Source: Utricularia gibba (taxonomy: Eukaryota > Plantae > Magnoliophyta). Taken from it: a DNA stretch of 64,000 bases. Where the stretch lies: positions 186,001 through 250,000 of the forward strand of contig NEEC01000030.1 of assembly GCA_002189035.1 (NCBI GenBank), in the 5' to 3' direction. Shown here piece by piece: positions 36,563 to 49,708 of this stretch. The notes beneath the pieces are model-generated. The model made no database searches and was not told the DNA's origin. It saw only the letters and a list, made by a program, of their open reading frames with translations. A program made the position numbers and the translations under genes. How positions within the stretch are numbered: the stretch's first letter is position 1; every line of letters starts with the position of its first letter.

Positions 36563-38805
36563 TCTTGGTGTATGTGTTCTATAAACAATCAACTTATTGG
36601 CAAATCTTATCTTTTGATATTTACTTTAAATTGTGATCAAATTTATATCATTGATAAAATCCTCTACTTGATCTATGTGCTATAGAAATTATGATGAGAT
36701 CATAATGTGAGATTCTTCAAGCACTCATGCTCAAGTTAAAAACTCCCTAGCTAGAGTGTTTGTGAAATGAGGATATCACAAATACGAATAGGCTGGCACA
36801 CATTGAGTTCCATAAATTGTTTAGGCAATGGTCACAATTGATGTAATGTGATTACTAGAACCTATGTGTGGGTGACAATTAGAGAATCGATTCACCGGAT
36901 GACTCATCTTCGAGATGCTACTATGGGAAGCTAACCAAGTGTCAGTTGCAAGATCTCGAATATGACAACCGTGCAAGTAAGCTTAGACTTGACGTCAACA
37001 AAGTTGTCTTGATCTTAAGCTCACATTTTTGCTCATTACTAATGGGAGCCTAACCATGGCTTGCCTAGTATAGATGAGTAGGGATGTGACTCCTTAAGGT
37101 TGGAGATAGTTGATTGATCAATAAAGGATTCATCACTCATGTTAGCTATGAGATCATATCTCAAGTAATTGCATCAAAGCCTAACAATTGTCTTGAGCCC
37201 AGGGTAATGACACTCGAATTGTTTGAGTAGGTCATTCAGTGTTATTGCTTCAATGCAATTATAAGTTCGATTCATCTTTTTCGATAGATATTTTGTGACA
37301 TATCAAATCATATCTATATGAGATCTTTTATTTTTGAGTTTAATCAATATTAATCTCAAAATAGCTCTCTATTTAATTTATCTACTTTACCAATTACATC
37401 TCATGTAATTGTGTAATTCTATTTTATATCGATGAGTGGCTCCACTATTGTGTGTGACCCTATAGGCTTCTTCAATCAAGGCCGTAATAACGGATTTATT
37501 AATTAACTCTTAATTAATCAAATCCATCATTATCGATCAAGAGTGATGTTTAGCAACATATCATAATCCCCAAGATGTAAGAATAATCAGGTGAACTGAT
37601 TGAGCCTTTCCATGACCAGCCACCATGCAATGAACAGCTTTCATCATACTTATATCTCATTCGATACTAGAACATGGGTGTGTGTCTTTTTGATGTATCA
37701 AACTTATAATTGCATTCAAGCACTAACACTCAATGACCTACTCAAACAATTCGAGTGTCATTACCTTGGGCCCAGGACTTACTGTTAGGCTTTGATGCAA
37801 TTACTTGAGATATGATCTCATCGCTAACATGAGTTATGAATCCTTTATTGATCAATCAACTATCTCCAACCTTAAGGAGTCACATCCCTACTCATCCATA
37901 CTAGGCAAGCCATGGTTAGGCTCCCATTAGTAATGAGCGAAAATGTGAGCTTAAGATCAAGATAACTTTGTTGACCTCAAGTCTAAGCTTAATTGCACGG
38001 CTGTCATATTCGAGATCTTGCTACTGACACCTGGTTAGCTTCCCATAGTAGCATCTCGAAGATGAGTCATCCTGTGAATCGATTCTCTAATCGACACCCA
38101 CACATAGGTTCTAGTAATCTCATTACATCAATTGTGAGAACTATTGCCTAAATAGCTTATCCGTATTTGTGATATCCTCATTTCACAAATACTCTAGTCA
38201 GGGAGTTTTTAACTTGAACATAAATGCTTGTAGAATCTCACATTATGATCTCATCATAATTTCTATAGCATATAGATCAAGTAGAGGATTTTTTCAATGA
38301 TATGAATTTGATCACAATTCAAAGTAAATATCAAAGATAAGATTTGCCAATGAGTTGATTGTCTCTAAAACACATATACTAATAAGTTGTTCATTGCATG
38401 GTGGCTGGTCATGGAAAGGCTCAATCAACTCACTTGATTATTCTTTAATCTTGGAGATCATGATATGTTACTAGACATCACTCATGATCGATAATAATGA
38501 ATTTGATTGATTAAGAGTTAATTAAGAAATCCATTATTATTGTCTTGATTGAAGAAGCCTATAGGGTCACACACAATAGTGGAGTCACTCATCGATATAA
38601 AATAGAATAATACAATTCCATGAGATGTAATTGGTAAAGTAGATACATTAAATAGAGAGTTATTTTGAGATTAATATTGATTAAGCTCAAAATAAAGATC
38701 TTATGTAGATAAGATTTGGAACATATACATATCTCTACAAGATAAGATCTTTATGGAGACATGATTTGATATGTTACCAAATATCTATAAAAAAGATTCA
38801 GATCT
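36563..38805. mobile_element. Composite of family A LTR pieces: forward, inverted, forward
   Basis: 36563-37276 = LTR nt ~1-716 (+); 37277-38384 = nt ~1180 to 1 (-); 38385-38805 = nt ~773-1190 (+), offsets relative to the 53401 copy. Confidence 0.88.
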
Positions 38806-39939
38806 ACATATCTCCTTCGCACATCTTCATTCTTACAAAAACATCATATTAGCTGAAAAATTCACAAAGTTTATGGAGGAAAGAGATGAAATCTTCTAAA
38901 AGTTGGCAAAATGTACAAACTTGACTAAAATAGGAGGCAAAAAGAAAGAGATAATTTTGCAACCCCCAAGGTACTTTTAAAAGAGTAGAAAGAATTTTTA
39001 CTTGGGGAGGGAGGTTGAGGGATTGTACATATTGCATACAATATCCCTAAAAGGGTAAGAAGACAAACAACAACAATGGAAATGAAAGAATCTTGATCCA
39101 ACTAAAAAACTCAACTCTATTTCAAGATTTCCTACTCCTAATAGGAGTAGTGCTATGGAAATCGAATCAACTATTTAACCTTCAAGATTAGATTGTATTT
39201 TTTGTTTCTATTTTTATTTTAGCATTATGACAATCAAAATGCTTTAATTTTTATTTTTATGAAGATGTTTTACTCATATCTAGTGTGAGTACTTGAATTA
39301 GAAGTGATGCCTTAGAAAGAAAGGGGAATCTTCATTTTAGTCTAGTTCCAAAAATAATAATGTGCTAGTGTAAATCTTCCTAATAAGTCACGATAGATCC
39401 ATGAAGGGAAAAGAAAAATACACCTAACTTAGTAAAATCAACCTAGAGGTAGATCAATGTGTTTGGAATGCAGTTATGTAGATGATTCTCTTGAGTAGAG
39501 ATTAATCAGATTGAGTAAACTAATCTTATTAATCTTGCAAAATAATTGACCTAAGTATAAGGTGATCTAGGAAAGCTGTATAAATGGAAACTAAAAAAAT
39601 AATAATTTGCACATTAAAATTTTGAGGCCACGAGTTGAATGGGTATTCTATCCTTGAAACCTGAGACATTGCATTTTGTGTTTTTTACATTAGAGTTAGA
39701 ATCCTCATGTCACTTTATTTTTCATTTTTTAAGTGCCTATTAAATCCTTGATAATTTTAGTTAAAAGTAAAATTTGCATTTGACACTGGAATGTATGAAT
39801 TATAGTACAACAAACTCTCAATTCCTTGAGTTTGAACTTGAACAATTTACTTCATTTGTAGATTTTTTGCATCAGGGTTTTATAAACTTTATTTAATTTT
39901 AAAATCCCAATATTTCATAATGACTAGAAATTTTTGTTT

Positions 39940-41790
39940 ATGAAGTTGAGAGGGAAAATGGATTCTAAAACATAAAATTGTTTAATCACTACAAAAATCT
40001 AGTTGTATTAAGTTGGGATGTGATCGTTCATGAAACTGCAAGTTGGAGTTAAAAGGTATTTTTCAAGATGGAAGAGGAAAGTCAACACAATGTAGCACAA
40101 AATAATAGATGCAATACTCAATCTACTTTAAGGATTGTAAATGTTGGGAAATCTTCTGATAACACATATTTTTGAGTAATTGAATACCGGGAATTGACTC
40201 ATATTGTGCTACAAAAATTAAGTTTTACAGTCTAGTTGTATATTTTTTCACATAGTACTGTAGTTGTGTTATTTTAGTCTTAAATGGGACTAAATCGTCA
40301 ACCTTACTTCTAATAGTTTTCTTTGAGCAATGTAGCACAGGTCACAACAAAAATCCCAAGGTGCCAGATATGAACAATGTAGTGGTAGAGGATGAGCCAG
40401 AAGTCTGAAAAGGAGTATACACAAAATCCAAGGAAGGAAAAGTAGGATTTTGGACAAAAAGGGGGACAAGATGGAGAGAGAAAAATATCTCCACCATTGG
40501 AGACACATGACATTTTTTCTAGAAAAGGTTTACTAGAGGGGAAGAAGGAGGAAGACGAACCAGGAACGAAGCTGATATTTGAAGACTATTTTCTATTTCG
40601 AAGGAATATTACTCATAGCTAAGAGTAGCTAGCAACTTTTCTAGCTTTCTGTTGAACTTTTAATTTTTCTGCTTGTTTATTTTCTTGTAGTTGACTGTGT
40701 GATGAATACAATGCGTAATGATGTTTTCTTTTCTATTTTCATTTACCTTAAGCATGAGTGGCTAAGCATTTTGGGGTGCCTTGGGGTGAAAAGGGGAGAA
40801 TTGTGCTAATCAATCTTTAGACCTAATAAACCATAAGTCACGCCACTTCCTTAACAAACTAGGATAGATCCAGGAGGGGAAAGTAGTGAAACCTAGCTTA
40901 ACAACCCTAATTAGAGGTAGACCAAAGATTAGGTGGAAAATAAGAGTCCGGATATACCTAGACTTTGTGTGTTAGTTATTTGATTTACGGTTTGTGTGAG
41001 CTTGTTTAGTGATAAGCATACATCCCCTAGGAGTCCCAAAGCATCACCCATTTCATTCCAGGAACAACCGAATTCAGAAGCTTGTTACTTTTCTTTACGG
41101 TATTTTATCGCAATTCTTTCTTAGTCTTAGTTAAGACCAAATCTATCAATGTGACACTGAGTGCATGCATTGACTTTCACATGAAAAGCACCTACACATA
41201 TCTTCGTGTTCGACCCTAATCACTATGCTCATAATTGTATTATGCTTGAATGTGTGTTAGGTTATAAATTTATTGATAGGGGAAAATTGCAATTTGACGA
41301 CATTGCTAAATTTTTTGTTTATCATCTTTCAATCAAAGGGCCTTAATTATTATATTGTTGATTACCATAAGCACCATCTCCAAGAACTAATGAGATTTGG
41401 TAGAAAAGATCAACTATTTTTCTTGTTTTTATCTATCTGTAGATAAGGAGTCATTATCCTATGAGAAGTTAGAAGGATTCTTTAATGCAGGTAAGTAATG
41501 ATTCAAGAGATAGGGTATATTGAGAAAAATAAGTTATAGAAATGTTTTCAAGAATAGGCTTGTGGTCAAAGTCTACAAACGAAAGGAAGGAATTTCTGAT
41601 AAAGAAGTTTTTGTATGCATTGCAAGAATTGAAACAATCAGATTATTGAGTGCTTTGACATGAATGAATTCATAGAAGATCTACCAAATGGATGTTAAGA
41701 TTGCTTTCTTAAATCGGATTCTAGAAGAGAAGGTCTATATAAAACAACCACATGAGTATATGATTAAAGGTTTAGATCATAGTAATAAAA
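39940..41790 (+). pseudogene. Degenerate Ty1/copia IN-RT remnant
   Basis: RLVVKVYKRKEGI..EVFV.IARIETIRL and YQMDVKIAFLN..LEEKVYIKQP readable at 41560-41755; interrupted by a family F LTR. Confidence 0.7.
40157..41324 (+). mobile_element. Solo LTR, Athila-like family F
   Basis: TGATAACACAT...TTTGTTTATCA; flanks TCTTC/TCTTT (1 mismatch); homologous to 2429-3403. Confidence 0.8.
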
Positions 41791-42025
41791 TAATTGAAGA
41801 TCAACTATATAGTGGTTCACTTGAAGTCATCATTTAAAATTCAAAAATGAGAAGATCAACTATAGACACTTCTTGTAAGTCTTCATAGATCGTACAAGCT
41901 ATCTTTTCAGTTTTTTGTTTTCCTTGTACTGATTTTCCTTTTTTGTTACAATAAACCTTTCCAATATATCCTTTATTACATTTATAAGAAAGACTATCGA
42001 GATATCACCAACATTCTTTGAGTTT

Positions 42026-42620
42026 ATGAAATTATTTTCCAGAATAGTGACATACATTTTTGCTTTTAGTCAAGCATCTCTAGGTTTTGTGACTCATTTT
42101 TTCCACATTCTTGGCATTTTTTCTCACCTTCAAGATTGCTTTATGCTGATACCCCAAATAAGGGTTCTTGAGATCCTCCTTGAAATTGCATTTACATCAG
42201 TTGAATTTTCATATGTTCTTCACTTTCATATTTATATGCTTTTGAAATGCCTATAAATCTCCAATAAATGACATAAAGATTTTGGTCTCTATAATGTTCA
42301 AGATTCGTTTTACTTGCTCTAGACTCTCCATCAGACATAAGTTGGACTCAAAGTTATGAGTAAGCTCATAATAGTTGCTATCTCCAAATTTCTCATATGA
42401 TAGGAGTTTTGCATGAGCTTTCAATTCATTTGCCAATCTAATTGTTCTTTCATGATATGTATGTAGCTTTTCATTTGATTAACATGTTTCTCTCAAACTC
42501 TACAAGTTTGTTGTGTATCTGAATTTTTCTCATATTTTCATCCTATATGGAGAGTGCCTTAAGTTTATCCCAAATAACTTAAAGACTTTCATAGTTGGTG
42601 AAATATTGGAATATTGAAAG
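42026..42620 (-). pseudogene. Degenerate copia gag remnant
   Basis: VIWDKLKAL near 42560-42590, followed by KL.EFE-like residues, resembling copia UBN2 gag. Confidence 0.4.
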
Positions 42621-42659
42621 AGCCATAACATGGTGTAGAGTTGTCATAGTCGCATGCTT

Positions 42660-43879
42660 TGATAAGTGATTTTGTGTCACTCATATTTATGCTTTTGTGC
42701 TTTTTAGGACTCACTTGGATTGGTTTTCAATTTTTTTTATCTCACTTTCCCTATGTTTTTAGATGAATTTTATATCTTTCATATCCCTTTGACCGTTTTC
42801 AAGAGAAAGTATGTTTTATGATTTTTAGGAACAATTTTGGCATAATTTGGAGGATTTTCGAGCTGATTTTTATGAAGGTGATAGCATTTTTTTATTGTGT
42901 TTTTTATATATGTTTTTAGGTGTGTTTTATAGGGTTGAATGTTATTTAGTGTGCTAAATTGTCTCATTGTGTATTTAGTTTGCTGAAACGTGTATTTAGT
43001 ATGAGTTAGTACTCGCAGTGCTTTTCCACATTGACAAGTCAAAAGGGAGCATAAAAGCTGAGAAAAAGCCACTTTTTACCGAAAGAAGAGAGAGAAGAGA
43101 GTGAGCAAGGAGAACGGTGGTTCTCCGGTGAATAGCTCCGGCCAGCCTCAGATCTACGACCGAGAGCCACCGCTAGACATTTTATTTTTATTTTCTGCAC
43201 TTTCATTTCTGTTGTTGAATTTTCTACTATTACTTCCTGCGTTTTCATGCTTTCTATTATGTTTCTGGTTCTTCGCTGTGAATAAGAAATCTCCTGTAGA
43301 CTTTCTTTCAATTTATGAACTTGTTTATGTTTGAGTTTTTTTTTAGTCTTTAGTTCTTGAGTTTAACATGTTTACTGTTCTTGCAACCCTTTGCCTTGTT
43401 TTTAAGTCTTTTAAAACTGGGTTTAAGCCTATGGGCTCTCTTGAGTGACACAAGAGTTAGACCTAGGTGTAAAACCCAGCCAAGATACCTTCACTTTATA
43501 TTTTCTTCGCATCCCTATTATTTTCTTTGCTTCTTCACCCTTGTAACTTGTTCGTTTTAACTACTGTTGTTTGATGTCTTGCGTGTAGGAGAGCTAAACC
43601 CCCAGAAAAACCCCTGTTTGAAATAAATGTAAAGCACTTCAGGAAATTGCCACCATTCCTTTTGATGAGTTGAATGTTCTAGGCCGCGACATTGAGCAAA
43701 CAAATTCAAACATTCATCAGGAGGAAAGGATTTGGTCTATCCGGATGAAGACCCAATTAAAGATTCTTGTGGGTTTTGAAAAGTTAGAAGTAACGATCAA
43801 ATAGCATATATTTTTATCAGGCCAATGAAGACATCAACTTTTCAAAATCTAAGTTTTCAAAATGGATTTTGGGAAGTAT
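42660..43879 (+). mobile_element. LTR-like segment related to family B at its 5' end; 3' boundary unresolved
   Basis: Starts TGATAAGTGATTTTGTGTC, then diverges from family B. Confidence 0.45.
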
Positions 43880-46321
43880 TGATAAGTGATTTTGTGTTTT
43901 TTCAAAACATGTTCTTTACTTACTCTTAAGTGTTGTTTTTACCTACCTTACTGATATCCATTGCTGGAGTTTAGCATAATACCTCTCTAATGATCATAGT
44001 TATGTATGAAATCAATAAAGGATGGGGCCCACACCAATATGGAGGTTGTTTTTATCAATCAATGGAAATGAAGCAGGTGCTATCTAAAGGAAGGGCCACA
44101 TGGCAACCTCAAGATAAGGGGAATGCTGACTCATGGTGTCTCTTAGGTTCAGATGGATGGAGTCATTTTGGAAAAAGCCTGGAGAATCATAGTTGAAGAG
44201 GAGGAGGAGGGTAGGAAATACAGCTAGTGAGAAGGGGAAGTTCTTGATTCTAGTTGTAGGAAAGGGATTACTTCTGTAGGGGATAAGGTAAGTGGGATGA
44301 GTGCTACTGCTTTTTAGAAGCATGTTTTGATGCTTCTCTGGAACATATGTGATTGATTGCCTATGTGTTATTATATGTTGTTTTGGAAAGAGTTCTTCCT
44401 TGTTTTCATTAACCTGTTTTTCCTCCCTGTTCTTCATTGTCTGAAGAGTCCAGCAGGGCACATCCTTCTAGTCTTGGTGTCTCAAATCTATTTAGAGTCC
44501 CTAAAATTCTCCTTTCAAATCCTAAATTGTTTTCTTCCAAGGACTAGGTGCCCTTGTTGGTCGATTTCCAAACAAGTGGTCCCTTTCTAAGTGTATAAAG
44601 TGCTCAATGTTCCTTCTCTATATGCTATGTGAATATATGTTAGCAAATGGAGAGGAGTGTGGACCCACACTCCTAGCAACATGGTTTTAACCATGGGATT
44701 CATGGTTTTAACCATGGGGTAAGCCAATCAAGAAAGGCCAGGGTACACGTTATAAGCATGCTATGGTTTGAATTTGGAGGTGGTGTTCGGTTGGTGGCTC
44801 TTCTAAACACTTCTAAAGGACTTAGGCAATACATGACCCATTTCCTAAGATCTGGAGGTGATGCCTAAGTTTAAGGATCAAGGGGATTGGGCAAAGATAG
44901 ACAATGGGACTCACTACTTGGATATGTGCTTGACTTTGAGTCTTTATGCTCAAACACTCTTTCTTCACTTCATACATGTTTATCTTTTACCAAACCTCAG
45001 TAGCATGACCACTCTATGTTTTAACTTGTTCTAGGTGTAGAAGGGAATGGCTGAAGGTCTGGTGATCAACCAAAGTAGGGGTTTAGTTGTAGAAGTTGTG
45101 GTAGGTCAAGAATAGCTTTTGGAGCCTTAACTATGTTGTGTGGAATATGTGTAATAGGCTGGACGTAGTTCCTTTTGCATCTTTGAACGGTTGTGAGTTA
45201 ATATATATGTAGTCATCTTAATGTTATTTCTCCATGCTACAAAGGGGTTAAGTCGCCTTTAGTCCTAACGTTTGATGGGACTTGGCAATCATGCCTCATG
45301 CCTCTTGGGCCCTAGGCATGGGTCCTGACACTTACACTCCACTTTCTCATTATTTTAAATTGATTTTGCATCTTTTACACTATTTTGCTTTTTTTGGAAA
45401 GAAAGTGTATTTCGTGGATTTTTAGGGCATTTTTAGGTCTATTTGAGGAGAAATCAAGATCCAACAATTTATGGGTTTGATGGACCACAAATCTCAGCCC
45501 AAAAATTGGTCAAAGGATGAAGATTTGGTTGACCACAAATCCTAGCCCGTCAAACAAGCCCAATATGAAGATTCGAAGCTACTCCCCTATAAACACATCA
45601 TTCATTCAACCATTAGAGATATATGTTGACCACTTTTCCTTCTATTTTTCCTTATTTTCATGTTGATTTTTTGTGTTAGAGTCGGACTAAGTGCTTGCGG
45701 CTAAGGATGTACAGTGAAGTCTTGCTTGCACAAGTTCCACACTGGTGATTATTTCACTTTGCTTTGCAACATTTAATTTGAGGTTTGATTTTGTTTTTTC
45801 GCAATGTTTCCTTTACCAACATGCTTTTTAGGATCACATAACCCCAAGGGAGTGTGAAAGAGTCTCAGATAAATGGTTCAATCGGATATCATTAGTAAGA
45901 CATATTCTACCTAATTTTTCTACGAGGTCTAAGGTGTAGGGGTTAGATTTGGATGTGGGGAAAACACGGCTTATTACAGCAGGTAAAATGGCTCTAGTGG
46001 CGAGGTTGATTCAATAATCCCATTAAATGAGGGATGGTACTATAACAGTTACCAAGTATTACTACTTTAGAATAACACCCCAAGAACTTATGCAAGTAGA
46101 CCAATCCTCAAGATTTGTACACACACATAAGTACAAGTTTTAAGCAAGGTGGATCTTAGATCCGAAGCCACTTTTCTTATTGTTTTAAAATCAGTCTTTT
46201 GCTTTTTTTTTTAGTCTTTTTTAGTCATTTTTTTAAAAGAAAATTCCAATAACAATTACACATGGATACAATCTTATTTTATTACTTTGATAGTTTATGT
46301 GTACATTTAGAATTACCATCA
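43880..46321 (+). mobile_element. Solo LTR, family B, with nested family D LTR
   Basis: TGATAAGTGATTTTG...GAATTACCATCA; flanks AGTAT/AGGAT (1 mismatch); collinear with 8435-9584 after removing 43952-45335. Confidence 0.85.
43952..45330 (+). mobile_element. Solo LTR, family D (single copy here; Tekay-like 3' end)
   Basis: TGATATCC...GGGTCCTGACA; perfect TSD CTTAC (43947-43951, 45331-45335); lineage and orientation inferred from the terminal motif only. Confidence 0.82.
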
Positions 46322-46962
46322 AGGATAAACCTCATTGAAGCATAATTATAGCTTTTATCCATGTAGGAGAATAAATGCTAGATAGTAATTCTAGAAAAAA
46401 AAAAGAAAGTTCAAATTGTTACTAAAAAGTTATCAAAATGCATAAGAATGATGTAGACACTATGTAGCGAAAATTTGGCATACCATTTTTCGTTAGCATG
46501 ATATGATTTATTTTCTCTCTATCTGTAATAAACACGTCCATTTGTATTCCTTGAAGTGATTAATTCTGGCTTTTGAGGGTTTGGGTTTTTTTTGTTGGAT
46601 TTATTGATCTTTGAGATGTGGGGATCAATATGAAATTGATTAATGGAGAAATCTGAAAGGAAAGCTTGATGATGTGCAAGAAAAAGACACAAGTTGAATG
46701 GAAAGCTACTAGTATAGTTCACAAGTCCCACAGGGAAGTCATGGTACATCTCACACTCCTCAACATGAGTTTTGAGGAAACCAAAGTAGGGATCAACACC
46801 ATGGATTCGAAAGAAAGGAGCAAGGGGCAATTGGACTTGATATCCGATCCTCATCAAGAAGATGATGTGCTTGGGTAGCATCTGTGATGAGCTTGACGAT
46901 GCTGCTAATCTCCCTATGTCAACATACCCTTAGAAAATCGCAAATATAGTTTTTTTATATTA

Positions 46963-49130
46963 TTGTCATTTATTCAGAATTTTAGTGGAAAAACAACATA
47001 CCTTTTTAACATGCTTGAGAGAAATCAATTTAGATGGACTGTAAAAGCTGAAAGTGAATTCAAAGAGATGAAAAGAGAGTTAACCCAAGCACTTGTGCTG
47101 ATATCTCCAGATTTTTTGAAGGAATTTATTGTGGAATGTGATGCTTTGCACAAGGGAATCGACAGATCATCAAAGTTTGAAGTTCTTATAAGAACAAAAG
47201 CTAATAGATGCTTTATCATGACAGGATCAAGAAAGCTTTGAATTGACTGCTATGTCTATTCCACAACCTAAATTACTTAATCAGATCAGGAACAAGCAGG
47301 ATTATTCTCAAGAGTCCTCAACCCTCAAGGATGCAATTTTATAGAGTACTAAAGATCCTAAATAGCTGCTGGAAGATGGAATGATATATTACAAAAACAG
47401 ACTGTTAATACCTCATGATACCTTCTTTGTGATGGCCCACCCTTATCTTGCATGATATTGTCCCCTTCGCACACCCAACCCCCACAGTTTTACACTCTAC
47501 CCTTCATCACAAGACCTCTGGCCTTACATTCTTTTCTGCTTAAACACCCGGTGTCATCGCATAGTGCCACCTCATCCCGCCATTGGCACGAGCCTGATTG
47601 ATATCAAATGTCATGAGCCACCCTCGCCTTGCACAATATTATCCGCTTTGAGCACCCAATCCTTAGAGTTTTACGTTCTTCCCTTCAAGGGAAAAAGCCT
47701 CATGCAAGATTAAGAGAGGTCAAACACATTCTCTCCCCCATACGTAACCAATGTGGGATACCATAGCTGTCACAAAGCTCCTGATCTTACATTCTTACTA
47801 TCATAGATAATAGCTATCATTCATAATGCTTATCATGAGGGCTGCACTAAGACAATTAACAGATTACTTCAGAATTTTATTGGCCTAGAACGAAGATGCA
47901 TGCTCAAGAGTTTATTAAGAAAGTTTGTCAAAAGAATAAAATAGGTTATTATGGTGATTGATAGACTATCGAAATATACATATTTTGTAGTTTTATCTCA
48001 CACTTTTAGTGCTGCTGAGTTTGCCAAATATTTTTTTCGAAGAGATCTTCAAGCTTCATGGTTTGCCTGACTTTGTTGTAAATGATAGGGATTGGATTTT
48101 TACTGGCCATTTTTTAAAGGAATTGCTAGGCTTACTGGGCACTCAGTTATGTTACTCTACTACCCATCACCTACAAATCGATGGTCGAACCGAGATCATC
48201 AACAAGGTGATAGAAACTTTCTCTAGTGTTTCATAAGTGAGAAACCGACCAAATGGAAAACTAGCTCCAATGGGCGGAATATGCTTATAATACAAGCTTC
48301 CATAGTAGTACCGGAATGGCCTCGTATGAGGTGGTGTATCGATGTTTGTTCCAAAAATGATTCCATATGACAAAGGATCCTCTAAAGTTGCTACAATGGA
48401 CTTAGAGTTAAAAGCATAGGAGGAAACTCTCAAGCTCCTCAAGGATAGGTTGAATCATAGTCAATAATTGATGAAATCGTATTATGATATCATCACTCGT
48501 GCCTTAGAGTTCCAGGTTGGTGAGTGAGTGGGTTGAAACTACTTGTCAATTACAAGAGGAAGATGGTTGTTGGAGTCAAGTTAGCTCCAAAATTTTGTGG
48601 ACCTCCTAAATTACTCAAGAAGGTTGGAAACCTAGCTTATTAGCTGGATTCATTCTATTTTTAAAGTGGGATACTTGAAGAGATATCACAGAAGCAATCT
48701 AGAGCAGACCAATCCCCTTCCAAAGATCGAAATGGAAGAGGAATCTATTCTATTCCCGCAAGCCATTCTGGATGCGAGGAAGTAAGAAATATCCTAGGAG
48801 ATATTGGTGCATTGGAAAGGACTTTCCGATGCCACTTGGGAGGAATTGCGTATAATGATGGATCGCTTCCCAGAGTTGTCTTCTACATTGGAAGAATTAG
48901 TGGAAGCAAGGTGGGATGTGAGACTACCAACAAGGATCCTATATGGTGTTCAAGGAGATCAACTTGTAGGAATTAGGAATATTTGGGTGGGAGTGAAGTT
49001 CAATAGTATTTATTTAGTTGTTATCTTCTGTTTTAGTTGTCCTTTTAGATGATAGCTTTGGGCTTGAGTGAGACCCAAATTTTGTATGGAATGAGTATAT
49101 GTGGAACATCCCATGTGTATGCAACCAACA
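46963..49130 (+). mobile_element. Old, degraded chromovirus-type gypsy (RH-IN-chromodomain, probable 3' LTR from ~48917)
   Basis: LVLISPDFLKEFIVECDA; IFKLHGLPD..V.DRD.IFT; VHWKGLSDATWEE...RFPE; purine tract then TGTGAGAC at 48917; LTR end uncertain. Confidence 0.75.
47428..47791 (-). mobile_element. TRIM (terminal-repeat retrotransposon in miniature)
   Basis: Direct repeats 47428-47528 and 47609-47791 (TGT...TTACA; first has an ~80-bp deletion); 80-bp interior with decayed Met-type PBS complement (GCC..TGATATCAA) and pyrimidine tract; TSD TTCTT (47423-47427, 47792-47796). Confidence 0.75.
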
Positions 49131-49408
49131 TTTGGAATCAATTGATTTTGTTGATACCTACACAATAGGTAAAAAGAAGAAGGCTGCATTGAGACCCTTT
49201 ATAGTAGAAGATTTCCTGTTCAGCCGACCAATGACTCGAGCTCAACGGTCAACTTCATCAAAGTTTCCTAACATATTCAAGGGGAGAGCTGAGATATTAA
49301 GGTCGTCAAAAAGTGAAGAGTGATCAGTTACATGTAGATGTAACTAGATCTCAACGACTTCATATTTACACAAGTTTTCCAAAAGACTGCTACCTTGCAA
49401 TGTGCTCT

Positions 49409-49704
49409 TGATGTCGACCTCACACCTTGGATGGAGCCCATAACCTATAATAAGAAGAATAAGCCCAACCAAACTTCTGAAACGTAGGAGTGCACGCCCT
49501 ACCGCCAATCAGGACAGAATAAAACTTGGACTTGAGCCTGGTGGCTAGAGAAGGAGCGACGCCTGGAGGCTGAGCTTCCTTGTTCTTCCTTTTGTTTCTG
49601 TTCCATTGGAGTGCTTATCTCTGCTACTTCTTATTTTTTTCGAGACTATCTTCTTTTGTGTGAAACTGGGTCCTATTACCTATTCGAAATCTAAGGCCTT
49701 ATCA
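49409..49704 (+). repeat. 5' LTR of the chromovirus
   Basis: TGATGT...GGCCTTATCA; about 27 mismatches to the 3' LTR by manual count. Confidence 0.92.
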
Positions 49705-49708
49705 TCTT

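Noticed and set aside
38806-39940. Further Athila-like LTR (AGAGGTAGATC motif near 39445)
   Set aside because: No termini, TSD or clear collinearity with another copy could be established by eye.
46519-46881. 120-aa minus-strand ORF as a possible host gene
   Set aside because: No supportable homology. GYQVQLP..FRIH faintly resembles a gypsy integrase tail, so it is more likely TE debris.
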